A DNA stretch of 64,000 bases from a virus: IMG/VR virus record IMGVR_UViG_3300030060_007988. The stretch is one strand, 5' to 3'. A model generated the notes under the pieces. That model was not told the origin of the DNA. It saw only the letters and a program-made list of their open reading frames with translations, and did no database searches. The translations under genes were made by a program, and so were the position numbers. This document shows positions 1 through 8,506 of this stretch, piece by piece. The first letter of the stretch is position 1. Each line of letters opens with the position of its first letter.

Positions 1-441
1 TCGCATCTGGATAGGATAACCTGTGTAACATCATGCAGGGGTGTCTAGCAGGCCTATTTGCAACCGCCATCCTGTCTCAAGAGAGATAGTTGAATATAAT
101 ATCACTGAAAAAACTATGCGTTTCTAGGAGAAGGAGGACTTTTTTTCTGGCTAGAATGACACTGGATGAGTTATCACAAAGAGTGTTAGGGTGGTAATTA
201 CGGAAGAGAGATCCAAGAGCTAAAGGGCCTGAACATCCTGTAACAATGGCATTACAAGAGTGTATCGTGAAGTCTAGATGTGGCACGTCAAGATGCTAGA
301 TGATGCGGATAAGGGTATCAATCCCTACACAATAATCTATAGACTACACCGACTAGTCTCACGTCCTCTCTCACTAGCTAGCAAATCTCATACATCAAAT
401 CAATATAGCGCAAAAATAATTTGAAAAAAGTTGTGAAAAAA

Positions 442-478
442 TTTTTTTTTGTCAATTGTTATGGTTATTTTTATATAT
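442..478 (+). promoter_or_regulatory. class-1 (putative early) promoter T-tract-CAA-N8-GTTAT
   Basis: tttttttttgtcaa-ttgttatg-gttattttt; one of 8 copies with fixed 8-nt spacing, all intergenic and upstream of + genes. Confidence 0.6.
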
Positions 479-503
479 AATTAATTGATAAAAGATAAAC
501 ATT

Positions 504-641
504 ATGATAGAATTATTTAAGCAAGCATTTGAAGAAGCAAAGCAAAATCCATGGGAAGCATTAATGGCAACAGTAACATGTGTCACAATGTTCTTCATGT
601 TTTATATAACATATATTATCCTCTGGGCTATAGCTGGGTAA
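504..641 (+). CDS. small membrane protein (45 aa, MIELFKQAFEE...ILWAIAG)
   Basis: ORF below track cutoff, translated by hand; follows class-1 promoter; hydrophobic C-terminal half. Confidence 0.6.
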   Translation: MIELFKQAFEEAKQNPWEALMATVTCVTMFFMFYITYIILWAIAG

Positions 642-673
642 TCAATAATAACTAATAAATAAAGTAATAAGAT

Positions 674-841
674 ATGGAAAAATATACAGTACATTTAATA
701 GAACCACAACTTCACCTGGCAAAGGTAGTAATACTAGAAGCAACTCATTATAGTAACGCTAAGACAAAAGCATTAGATATGTATCCTGGATACGTGTTGT
801 TTGATCAATACCTTTGGACTAATCAAGAAGTTAGCTGTTAA
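674..841 (+). CDS. hypothetical protein (55 aa, MEKYTVHLIEP...)
   Basis: hand-translated ORF filling the gap between promoters; stop lies within repeat ctgttaataac. Confidence 0.6.
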   Translation: MEKYTVHLIEPQLHLAKVVILEATHYSNAKTKALDMYPGYVLFDQYLWTNQEVSC

Positions 842-859
842 TAACTTTGTTAATAACTT
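835..859. repeat. dispersed repeat ctgttaataactttgttaataactt (copy 1)
   Basis: identical to 4846-4870; two tandem GTTAATAAC quasi-palindromes. Confidence 0.8.
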
Positions 860-881
860 GCCAAAAATAATTGGTCTAGAA

Positions 882-915
882 TTTTTTTATCCCAATTGTA
901 TTGGTTATATTTATA
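882..915 (+). promoter_or_regulatory. class-1 promoter overlapping ATATTTATA element
   Basis: tttttttatcccaa-ttgtattg-gttatatttata. Confidence 0.6.
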
Positions 916-990
916 TATCAAATTTGAACGAGTGAGTTTAGGCCACCAATCAAATGTTAAGTAAAAATTAAAAAATAAAAATCGCAAAAT

Positions 991-2205
991 ATGACAAATA
1001 AAAAATATACTTATTTAAAAGGTTGTAGTTTCAAACGCAAGCCGGCGCTAGTAGATTCTACCGGAAACATTTATAGAGTTAATGACGACCAATATCAAAC
1101 TAGGTTATCTTATGCAGCTAGCAAAGAAACTATGGTTAAGATTGTATTGGACGGAGATAACAACGTTACAGGACTAACAGTAGCTAAATCCGTATCTGAT
1201 AGAGAATGCGCTAAATCAGCTATGGGTACTATGAGTAGCTATTGTATTAAAGAGGCTGTTAAGGAGACTGTAAAAGTCCCTGAAGAGCAGGCCGAGGTTA
1301 TGTCTTTTATTAAGGACAGTATAACATTAAGACCGGCAACCATGAAGATATCTGACCTTAAGTGGAAGTACTTAATGCGTTCAGCAGTTCGTGGCAAGAA
1401 TATTATGATGACAGGACCAGCAGGTTGTGGTAAGACTATGGCGGCTAAATCTGTTATGAATTCTATGGACCGAGAGGGATTCTATTTTAATCTAGGGGCA
1501 ACTCAAGACCCCCGAGCAACCCTTATCGGTAATACTCATTTTAATAAGGAGGATGGTACATACTTTACTGAGAGTACATTCGTTAAGGCTATTCAAACCG
1601 AAGATGCCGTTATTCTATTAGACGAATTAAGTAGAGCCCATCCAGACGCATGGAACATCCTTATGACCGTATTAGATGAAGGTCAGAGATACCTAAGGTT
1701 AGACGAGCACCCAGACAGTCCAACCGTAAAAGTAGCCCCGGGAGTATGTTTTATAGCTACTGCTAATATAGGTAATGAGTATACATCTACAAGAATGTTA
1801 GATAGGGCGTTAATGGATAGATTTATTATAGTAGAGATGGATATGCTAAACAAGGACGAAGAGGCAGATCTACTAAAAATGTTATATCCAAATGTAGATA
1901 GTGATGTCATAGATGCAATAGCAGATATAGCCTTTAGTACTAGAGTTGAAGCAAATGCAGAGACGCCAAGAATAAGTACAGCTATTAGTACAAGAGCGAC
2001 GGTAGAAATGGCTGGGTTATTATACGATGGATTTGATCTGTCTGAAGCTGCACAGGTTGTAGTATATCCACAGTACAGCATAGAAGGTGGATTGGATAGT
2101 GAAAGAACATACGTCAAACAACTGGTACAGAAGTTCATCAAATCTGATAACCAAGAGGAGGATCTCTTCAATGCGGACGAGATAGATGGAGCGGAAACTG
2201 AATAA
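991..2205 (+). CDS. MoxR/CbbQ-like AAA+ ATPase
   Basis: Walker A GPAGCGKT, Walker B ILLDELSRA, FIATAN, LDRALMDRF, STR sensor. Confidence 0.85.
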   Translation: MTNKKYTYLKGCSFKRKPALVDSTGNIYRVNDDQYQTRLSYAASKETMVKIVLDGDNNVTGLTVAKSVSDRECAKSAMGTMSSYCIKEAVKETVKVPEEQAEVMSFIKDSITLRPATMKISDLKWKYLMRSAVRGKNIMMTGPAGCGKTMAAKSVMNSMDREGFYFNLGATQDPRATLIGNTHFNKEDGTYFTESTFVKAIQTEDAVILLDELSRAHPDAWNILMTVLDEGQRYLRLDEHPDSPTVKVAPGVCFIATANIGNEYTSTRMLDRALMDRFIIVEMDMLNKDEEADLLKMLYPNVDSDVIDAIADIAFSTRVEANAETPRISTAISTRATVEMAGLLYDGFDLSEAAQVVVYPQYSIEGGLDSERTYVKQLVQKFIKSDNQEEDLFNADEIDGAETE

Positions 2206-2428
2206 ACTATTTTGCGATAGTGGCAACGAGTGGTGGTTGACAAAGGAGATTGAGTTCTCGCCACCACTGGCTGTCTAGGGCTGGATAAGGCTTAGGGTTA
2301 GTTGTAAGCTAGCAAGATATGTGTGATAGCAATGTGGGTTCGGTACATCTTTGTACAGGTGCCCAAAAAAATGACTATGGAAAGACACCGTTAGGTGAGT
2401 GTTTAACACTAATAATATATTAATAGAT

Positions 2429-2650
2429 ATGAAATGTAAATGCAATAATACAATACCACAAGGAAGACTGGATCTCGGATACAGGACATGCGTAGCATGT
2501 AGCACCGTTGAGGCATACGGCTGCGTGAGAATTAGCAATCACAAAACAGGCAATACCATACAGGTCACTAGCCAAGCAACCATGCGCAAGATGGAGAAGC
2601 TGGGTGCAAGAAGAGGCTATGGAGTAATGAGTGGAATGAAACACAATTAA
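2429..2650 (+). CDS. small Zn-binding protein (CKC...RLDLGYRTCVACS)
   Basis: Cys cluster; ATG at 2429 preferred over GTG at 2399. Confidence 0.65.
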   Translation: MKCKCNNTIPQGRLDLGYRTCVACSTVEAYGCVRISNHKTGNTIQVTSQATMRKMEKLGARRGYGVMSGMKHN

Positions 2651-2654
2651 AAAT

Positions 2655-2951
2655 ATGACTATGAAAAAAACTATGACAAGACAATCAGGAGCAGTAACCA
2701 GGCATATGCTTGATTATGTAAGAGACAATGGACCAGTAAGCTACACTGACCTCAATATGGAATACTACTTCTATCAGGGTGGTAGAGACTATGACCCAGT
2801 GAGAGACAGGGGAGGTAGCTATCCACACCATCACGGACAATTGCAAACCAGGAGATCTCGAAGAATCAAGGCCAGTCCACTAGTGCACTCTGAATGGATA
2901 GAAAAGACCAGGGACGGCAAATACCGATACAGATACTACGGAGAGATATGA
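2655..2951 (+). CDS. hypothetical protein
   Basis: ORF track; tight packing with neighbours. Confidence 0.6.
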   Translation: MTMKKTMTRQSGAVTRHMLDYVRDNGPVSYTDLNMEYYFYQGGRDYDPVRDRGGSYPHHHGQLQTRRSRRIKASPLVHSEWIEKTRDGKYRYRYYGEI

Positions 2952-3244
2952 GAAAGAACAGATACCTACACCGACTCGAGAGACTGAGGGACAATGTCTG
3001 CAAATGGATTGGCAAGACTAGCCATCCACCTAACATGGAGCGTAGCGATTTTGCAACTGATGCTGAATGGACATGTTGGCGTTCACTACTACTCGATATC
3101 AAACACTGTAGTCTCTATACTGGCTATCGGGTTGACCCTGAACGTCTGGCTCACTACAATTCTCTCTGGTTGGCTAGCAAAGGACAGGATGTTATTGTAG
3201 GCTGTGTTGCTGAACATCGTGTATACTATTATGAATGGCAATAA
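2948..3244 (+). CDS. hypothetical protein
   Basis: ATGA overlap with upstream stop suggests start at 2948. Confidence 0.55.
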   Translation: MRKNRYLHRLERLRDNVCKWIGKTSHPPNMERSDFATDAEWTCWRSLLLDIKHCSLYTGYRVDPERLAHYNSLWLASKGQDVIVGCVAEHRVYYYEWQ

Positions 3245-3308
3245 CAATGTGTGTCCCTACCCTTTAAACACGGCGGCGGGCGGCACTAAAAACTAAAAAG
3301 GAAAGACA

Positions 3309-3605
3309 ATGACAAAATATATATTCAATGGATACAATCTATCTGTACTGGCAATACTGTTTATTATATATGCAAACTATCAAATGACTTATAGTGAAGA
3401 ATCCAAAATACTGAATCAGGACGAAAACTATAAACCCACTAACAACTATGATCACGACCAGGACTGGGAGGATAGTGATGAGTGGCATACAATCTGGTAC
3501 AATCAAATAGACACTAATAGTAATGGTGAGGATGATGCCTTAGAGTATCACGGCAAGGAGGGCACTAGTGAATATGGCGAGTATGAACAAACAATTAACA
3601 ATTAA
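3309..3605 (+). CDS. membrane-anchored acidic protein
   Basis: N-terminal hydrophobic helix followed by D/E/N-rich region. Confidence 0.6.
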   Translation: MTKYIFNGYNLSVLAILFIIYANYQMTYSEESKILNQDENYKPTNNYDHDQDWEDSDEWHTIWYNQIDTNSNGEDDALEYHGKEGTSEYGEYEQTINN

Positions 3606-3664
3606 TTAACAATTATTTAATATTAGAATTATGGCTGATTGCTATAAGGTCTATATTTATTGAT

Positions 3665-3745
3665 ATGGAACACAAACGACAAATAGATATCTCTCAGATT
3701 TTATATGTATTGATTATGATATTAATGTTTATACTATCTATATAA
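3665..3745 (+). CDS. putative leaderless small membrane peptide (26 aa, MEHKRQIDISQILYVLIMILMFILSI)
   Basis: ATG 4 nt after ATATTTAT motif; single hydrophobic helix. Confidence 0.4.
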   Translation: MEHKRQIDISQILYVLIMILMFILSI

Positions 3746-3830
3746 TATGCGGGGCTCGCGATTGCAATACTTCTTCCTGTAGCATGTTTATATATATAAT
3801 ATCAAAGCCCAACAAAACAAATATGAAAAA

Positions 3831-4286
3831 ATGAAAAAAAATTTAGTTACAATACAAAAAAAACTTCAAGAGATAGAATCACTAGCTATGGATCTTGGAA
3901 TCAATGATATCTTTAGAAACAAAAAGTTCATAGAAGTATTGGCTGCCGACATGTTAGGCCATAGACCAAATGTAGAACCTCAAGGACCAGATGCATATGA
4001 AATGATTAGTGGTGTTGAATATCCAACTGAGTATAAGAGTGCAGGTGTAGGTGGCACGTTTCAGTTTCATTGGCTATCAAACAATAAGATGGACAAAATA
4101 AAGATATGTAAGAATGTTTATTTTATTGTCAGGTCTGGTGTATCAATACTTGAGATCTATGGAGTACCAACCAATAAGATAGTGTCAATGATAGAGGAAA
4201 AGGCAAGTGGTAGCAAATCACCAAAAGGCTGTAAAGCTTTTAGTTTGAAAAATCTTATTGACCTTGGGGCGAAAAAACTCAAATAA
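3831..4286 (+). CDS. PvuII-family PD-(D/E)xK endonuclease
   Basis: LQEIESLAMDLGINDIF, GPDA...EYKS and FIVRSGVSILEIY resemble PvuII segments (IQEYQDLALKHGINDIF, GNDA...ELKS, FAIYRGIAIEAIY) recalled from memory. Confidence 0.65.
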   Translation: MKKNLVTIQKKLQEIESLAMDLGINDIFRNKKFIEVLAADMLGHRPNVEPQGPDAYEMISGVEYPTEYKSAGVGGTFQFHWLSNNKMDKIKICKNVYFIVRSGVSILEIYGVPTNKIVSMIEEKASGSKSPKGCKAFSLKNLIDLGAKKLK

Positions 4287-4345
4287 ACATGAAAGTAGCC
4301 ATGACAAATTGTCACCAGTTTCGTGCCACATTGTCATCTAAAAAA

Positions 4346-4379
4346 TTTTTTTTTCCCAAATATTCTGATTATATTTATA
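4346..4379 (+). promoter_or_regulatory. class-1 promoter
   Basis: tttttttttcccaa-atattctg-attatatttata. Confidence 0.6.
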
Positions 4380-4417
4380 TATAACAAATTAATAATAACA
4401 ACTAAAAATCGCAAAAT

Positions 4418-4852
4418 ATGAGCAAAGTTAAAAAGTCTCCAGAAATCAAATACGGAATTGAAATCACAAAACCATTTAGTAAAGAAATGTATGACCACAA
4501 CAATAAGGTTGCACAAGAAATGAAATCTAACTTATTACACCATTGGACTCAACTAATCAAAAAATTAGAGGAGGATGATAGATATCTAATGGAAAGAGAA
4601 TGGAATGAAGATGATATAAAATCTGAATGCCCTGAATTGGTTAAACTTCAGAGAGGTGTTTGTTATTCTGGATTTGGTGGTGGATATAGCATCCAAGATG
4701 TATGTGATGAATTCTATAAAGAATTAGATATGATGCAAAACTGGCAATTACATGAAGAATATTCGTACCTTTCATTTGAAGGAGTAGTTCGTAGAACAAA
4801 ACATATGATGATTGGATTTGGTTGGTCAAAACATGACTATTCAAACTGTTAA
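4418..4852 (+). CDS. hypothetical protein
   Basis: ORF track; leader aaaaatcgcaaaatATG identical to that of the 991 gene. Confidence 0.75.
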   Translation: MSKVKKSPEIKYGIEITKPFSKEMYDHNNKVAQEMKSNLLHHWTQLIKKLEEDDRYLMEREWNEDDIKSECPELVKLQRGVCYSGFGGGYSIQDVCDEFYKELDMMQNWQLHEEYSYLSFEGVVRRTKHMMIGFGWSKHDYSNC

Positions 4853-4870
4853 TAACTTTGTTAATAACTT
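4846..4870. repeat. dispersed repeat ctgttaataactttgttaataactt (copy 2)
   Basis: identical to 835-859. Confidence 0.8.
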
Positions 4871-4947
4871 TCAAAAAAAAGTTTAAAAACATAGCTCAAA
4901 ACCCAATAAATCTAATTATATTTATATATAATAAAAAATAATAAATT

Positions 4948-5289
4948 ATGTCAATAAATAAAACTATCGCAACTAAGTTCAGAACAGACTTTCAGAAAAC
5001 TGTTCAAAAATTAGAAAAAAAATATGGAATGAGAATATCATTAGGAAACATCCGTTTCGATTCTCAAGAATTAAAAAGTACCATGACGGCAACCGCTGTT
5101 GGAAAAGGTGCTAGTAAAAGACTTTCAATATCTGACCTATTCATTGGTGACAATGTTTTAATCAATCACAGAAGAGCTAAAGGCCAGGAGTTTGAAGTTG
5201 TTAAGAAAGCAATTAAAAACGTTCGTCTTAAAAATACAAAGACTGGCGAACTATTTGTTGTATCACCATCTTTATTAATAAAAATATAA
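4948..5289 (+). CDS. hypothetical protein with possible C-terminal SH3/KOW-like domain
   Basis: LFIGDNVLI...FEVVK...VRLK pattern; preceded by class-1-like CAA-N8-ATTATATT (4904-4922). Confidence 0.6.
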   Translation: MSINKTIATKFRTDFQKTVQKLEKKYGMRISLGNIRFDSQELKSTMTATAVGKGASKRLSISDLFIGDNVLINHRRAKGQEFEVVKKAIKNVRLKNTKTGELFVVSPSLLIKI

Positions 5290-5293
5290 TAAT

Positions 5294-5722
5294 ATGAAAA
5301 AGACAAAGAAAGAATTAATATTAGAATATGTAGAAACAACATTTGGTGCAACCGGTGCAAGATTTACTGATATCCAAAAATTTATATATGAGCACAACCA
5401 TCCTGGGAAAACTTATGGAAGAAACAATAGAGGTTATTACTGTTGTGCATTATGGGACGGTGGAATGTTTGCTGGTAGAAAAGGTCACTTAGTGAAAGGC
5501 GATAATAGATTAGAGAAAATGAGTAACGGCCGATGGAAAGTTGTTAGAACAATTGAATCAAAGAAGCCTACTGATGATGAATACAATAAAGCAATTGAGT
5601 ATGTTGAGAAACTAGGAACACTAGATTCTATATATGATGTTGCAATGAAATATAATTTAAGTGCAGAACAAATGAAAGAACTATATGTTGTAAGAGAAAG
5701 GGCTCTTCACTATTTTCATTAA
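5294..5722 (+). CDS. hypothetical protein
   Basis: ORF track. Confidence 0.7.
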   Translation: MKKTKKELILEYVETTFGATGARFTDIQKFIYEHNHPGKTYGRNNRGYYCCALWDGGMFAGRKGHLVKGDNRLEKMSNGRWKVVRTIESKKPTDDEYNKAIEYVEKLGTLDSIYDVAMKYNLSAEQMKELYVVRERALHYFH

Positions 5723-5732
5723 AAATAAAAAT

Positions 5733-5870
5733 ATGATAGATTTAAAAACTTTAAGTATAGAACAATTAAACTTGGTACTTCATAACATGAGGATATATCG
5801 TGTAGATATTGAAAAGCAGAATAAAGTAATTGAGGAAATAAGTAAACGTAAAAAAGAAACAGAATTATGA
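5733..5870 (+). CDS. hypothetical protein (45 aa)
   Basis: hand-translated MIDLKTLSIEQ...; ATGA overlap with next gene. Confidence 0.55.
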   Translation: MIDLKTLSIEQLNLVLHNMRIYRVDIEKQNKVIEEISKRKKETEL

Positions 5871-6262
5871 AAAAGGTAAAACATAAACGTAAAGTTGGTG
5901 AAGTAGTTGACTTTATATTTTTTGACGGATCTAAAAAAACAGGAAAAATTGTAGAGCTAACATATCATGGCGACAATATAGATTCAGTAAGAACTCAGTA
6001 CGACTTACCAACATACAGAATACATGTCCCTGATAAAAAATACTCAAGGGGATATATGGTATACTCAAGTATGACTGATATGAGAATAGAGGATGCAAAA
6101 ACAAAACAGGTAGTTGAGGAATTTTGGGAAGATGAATCTGGAGCTGAGATTACGCATATACCTGATAAACTAGGTTGGTTGAAAAAATATCACAACAATG
6201 TAAATGAATCAGAACTTGATAACGCAATAAAAAAACAAAAAGATTTTTTGGAAAAACATTAG
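5867..6262 (+). CDS. hypothetical protein
   Basis: ORF track. Confidence 0.7.
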   Translation: MKKVKHKRKVGEVVDFIFFDGSKKTGKIVELTYHGDNIDSVRTQYDLPTYRIHVPDKKYSRGYMVYSSMTDMRIEDAKTKQVVEEFWEDESGAEITHIPDKLGWLKKYHNNVNESELDNAIKKQKDFLEKH

Positions 6263-6268
6263 GAAAAA

Positions 6269-6298
6269 TTTTTTTATCCCAATAGAAATGGTTATATT
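6269..6298 (+). promoter_or_regulatory. class-1 promoter
   Basis: tttttttatcccaa-tagaaatg-gttatatt. Confidence 0.6.
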
Positions 6299-6322
6299 AT
6301 ATAAAATCAAAAATAAAATGTT

Positions 6323-7372
6323 ATGGCAATAAGATACGGATACGCATGTATAAATATGACTCTTAGGCAACAACGCATTACAACAAACAGAGGTATGATT
6401 AGGAGAACCTTCGATAGTAAAGGTTTAGAATATGTTTCTGAAATTGTACTACTGAACCTAAGAGATCAATTAGAAATAATTAAATGGAATGAAGAACACA
6501 ATATTAAACTATATCGTATGTCTGGTAGTTTGTTCCCTTGGATGAGTGAATATGAATTTAAAGATCTTCCTAAGTACGACGAGATTAAAAAAATATTGGC
6601 TGAAACAGGAAAATTTGCAATGGACCACGGACAACGTCTTACATTCCACCCAGGTCAGTTTTGTGTACTATGTTCACCAACTGAACAAACTGTTAAGAAT
6701 GCAATTGTTGAATTAGATAGGCATTCTCAAATTATGGATATGCTTGGACTACCTGCATCGCCCGAGGCTAAGATTAATATCCATGTAGGTGGTGCCTATG
6801 GCGATAAAAAGTCAGCACTTAAGCGTTGGTGTAAAAACTTTAAAAGGCTAGAACCTAATACACAGAAAAGACTAGTTATTGAAAACGATGACAAAGCAAG
6901 TATGTACTCAGTTAAAGATTTATACGAAGGCATATATAAAAAGATAGGTGTTCCTATTACATTTGATTACTACCATCATAAATTTTGTACAGGTGGTTTG
7001 TCAGAAGAGGAAGCATTACATCTTGCAGCTAAAACCTGGCCAGAAGGTATTCGTCAATGTACACACTATTCAGAGTCTAGGCGTAATGAACAGAAAGCGT
7101 CAATGGAAATGTTATGTGAAAATAACAACATAGATATAGCTCTCCTAGAAAATGGCAATGACGATGACTGGCCAACACTATCAAGAGTTTACAAAGAATG
7201 GTGTAAAACAAAAGAACAAGCTCATTCAGACTATATTACACAAGAACCTAATTGTTATGGATTAGATATCGATTGTGTAGTAGAGGCGAAGGCTAAAGAA
7301 TTATCAATTATTAAATATATTAATCAAGACCGGCTTGCAGCCCAACTGCTAACAGAAAATGAAAAAGTATAA
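6323..7372 (+). CDS. uvsE: UV DNA damage endonuclease UvsE/UvdE
   Basis: GYACIN, YRMS, RLTFHPGQF, NIHVGG, LVIENDD, FDYYHH, HYSE, AHSDY, VEAKAKE motifs. Confidence 0.92.
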   Translation: MAIRYGYACINMTLRQQRITTNRGMIRRTFDSKGLEYVSEIVLLNLRDQLEIIKWNEEHNIKLYRMSGSLFPWMSEYEFKDLPKYDEIKKILAETGKFAMDHGQRLTFHPGQFCVLCSPTEQTVKNAIVELDRHSQIMDMLGLPASPEAKINIHVGGAYGDKKSALKRWCKNFKRLEPNTQKRLVIENDDKASMYSVKDLYEGIYKKIGVPITFDYYHHKFCTGGLSEEEALHLAAKTWPEGIRQCTHYSESRRNEQKASMEMLCENNNIDIALLENGNDDDWPTLSRVYKEWCKTKEQAHSDYITQEPNCYGLDIDCVVEAKAKELSIIKYINQDRLAAQLLTENEKV

Positions 7373-7658
7373 TAGAAACAGAATTAGAAAAACAGATTTA
7401 GGACCAGGACAAAGACCTGCTAAACATAACTCCAAAAAACCATTCAATCCAGAAAAGTATGGTCAACTCTGGGCAGGCATTGACTTTAAGTGTATACACA
7501 ATGCAAATCCTATTGGACAGGCAAAGGGGCCAGTTATAGGGGAGTTAAGTTTAGGAGGTAAAAATTTTAAACTAACATGGACTGAATGTAATAAACTAAT
7601 AGAAACCTTAGAAGATGCTAAGTACAAATATAACATCGGTAAAAGGTTAGGAATGTAA
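7359..7658 (+). CDS. hypothetical protein
   Basis: ORF track. Confidence 0.65.
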   Translation: MKKYNRNRIRKTDLGPGQRPAKHNSKKPFNPEKYGQLWAGIDFKCIHNANPIGQAKGPVIGELSLGGKNFKLTWTECNKLIETLEDAKYKYNIGKRLGM

Positions 7659-7670
7659 CAGGAGAATATA

Positions 7671-7904
7671 ATGGAATATATATTAAGTTTTTTATTAGGA
7701 GCTTCAATTTCAACAATAATTTGTTATTTATTTGCAATAAGAAAAATAAATACATTAAGTGAAAGGTTACTTGATAAGTTAACAATTATCAAATTACTAA
7801 AGGAAGAAATTGAAAAAAGAAATGCTAGAAAAAAATATTATAGAAACAAAAATGGAAAAGGAAAGAGCGGAAAAAATAATAAAGGAAAAGCTAGCAGAAA
7901 TTAA
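7671..7904 (+). CDS. small membrane protein with basic tail
   Basis: N-terminal TM helix; AGGAG upstream. Confidence 0.6.
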   Translation: MEYILSFLLGASISTIICYLFAIRKINTLSERLLDKLTIIKLLKEEIEKRNARKKYYRNKNGKGKSGKNNKGKASRN

Positions 7905-8163
7905 TGAAAAGTATGATGACCTACGAAGTGTAGGTGGATCACAATCACTATTTGATGCTATAAGTGATATCGTTGACGATAAGTCTACATACCTAAAGAA
8001 AATAGATTTTTTATTAGGAAAGCTATTAAGTGTTGAAAGTAATGATCAAGTTATCCTTGATATTGCAAAAACACAAGCAATGAGAAAAAATATATTTGAA
8101 ACAGGTAAAATAAAAAAGGATGATCTTATAGCATTAAATACAATATATAGACGTGTAAAGTAA
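7822..8163 (+). CDS. hypothetical protein (start uncertain)
   Basis: ORF track 7810-8163; overlaps upstream gene. Confidence 0.55.
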   Translation: MLEKNIIETKMEKERAEKIIKEKLAEINEKYDDLRSVGGSQSLFDAISDIVDDKSTYLKKIDFLLGKLLSVESNDQVILDIAKTQAMRKNIFETGKIKKDDLIALNTIYRRVK

Positions 8164-8174
8164 TATTTATATAT

Positions 8175-8490
8175 GGATCGCTATTACTTATATTAGCTGC
8201 TATTTTGGACACGGGTTCGAATCCCGTCACCTCCACTAAAAAATATATACGATATGGGGGTGTTATGGATTTGACAGGTAGTAAGGGTATGAGGAAGATT
8301 CACCGCAATAACTGGCGAACAAGTTAATTTAGCGAAAGTTAATGTTGAAGACATTCTTTCATATATCACTGACCTAGCAATAGCTGATGGATATGTTGAA
8401 GAACCAGCATTAATGGCTGCCTAAGAAGGCATCCTAGCAAACGGTAAAAAGAAGCCATGTCGTAAAAGCTTCGGTTGGTTGAGAGGTAAT
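8175..8490 (+). ncRNA. ssrA: circularly permuted (two-piece) tmRNA
   Basis: 3' acceptor piece first: GGAC-ACGGG TTCGAAT CCCGT-CACCTCC-A (8207-8235); short spacer; then 5' end GGGGGTG...GGATTTGAC (from 8256). Acceptor stem is 7 bp with a G3:U wobble. Resume context AATAACT-GGC (8314); tag ends ALMAA-TAA (8424) inside hairpin tgcct/aggca. Outer ends approximate. Confidence 0.9.
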
Positions 8491-8506
8491 ATTTTTTTGA
8501 GAACAT

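Noticed and set aside
3270-3287. Short GC-rich run cggcggcgggcggc
   Set aside because: It is a single occurrence with no clear hairpin or partner, too little to call.
4315-4336. Sigma54-like TGGCACG on the minus strand
   Set aside because: The -12 TTGC element is not matched (CTGG), and there is no credible minus-strand gene downstream.
8173-8196. Mini-ORF MDRYYLY after the late motif
   Set aside because: It coincides with the tmRNA acceptor-piece leader and has no independent coding support.
8207-8238. Apparent tRNA (T-arm GGTTCGAATCCC plus acceptor strand)
   Set aside because: There is no D-arm or anticodon arm upstream, and the pairing 5' strand lies downstream. It is the acceptor piece of the permuted tmRNA.
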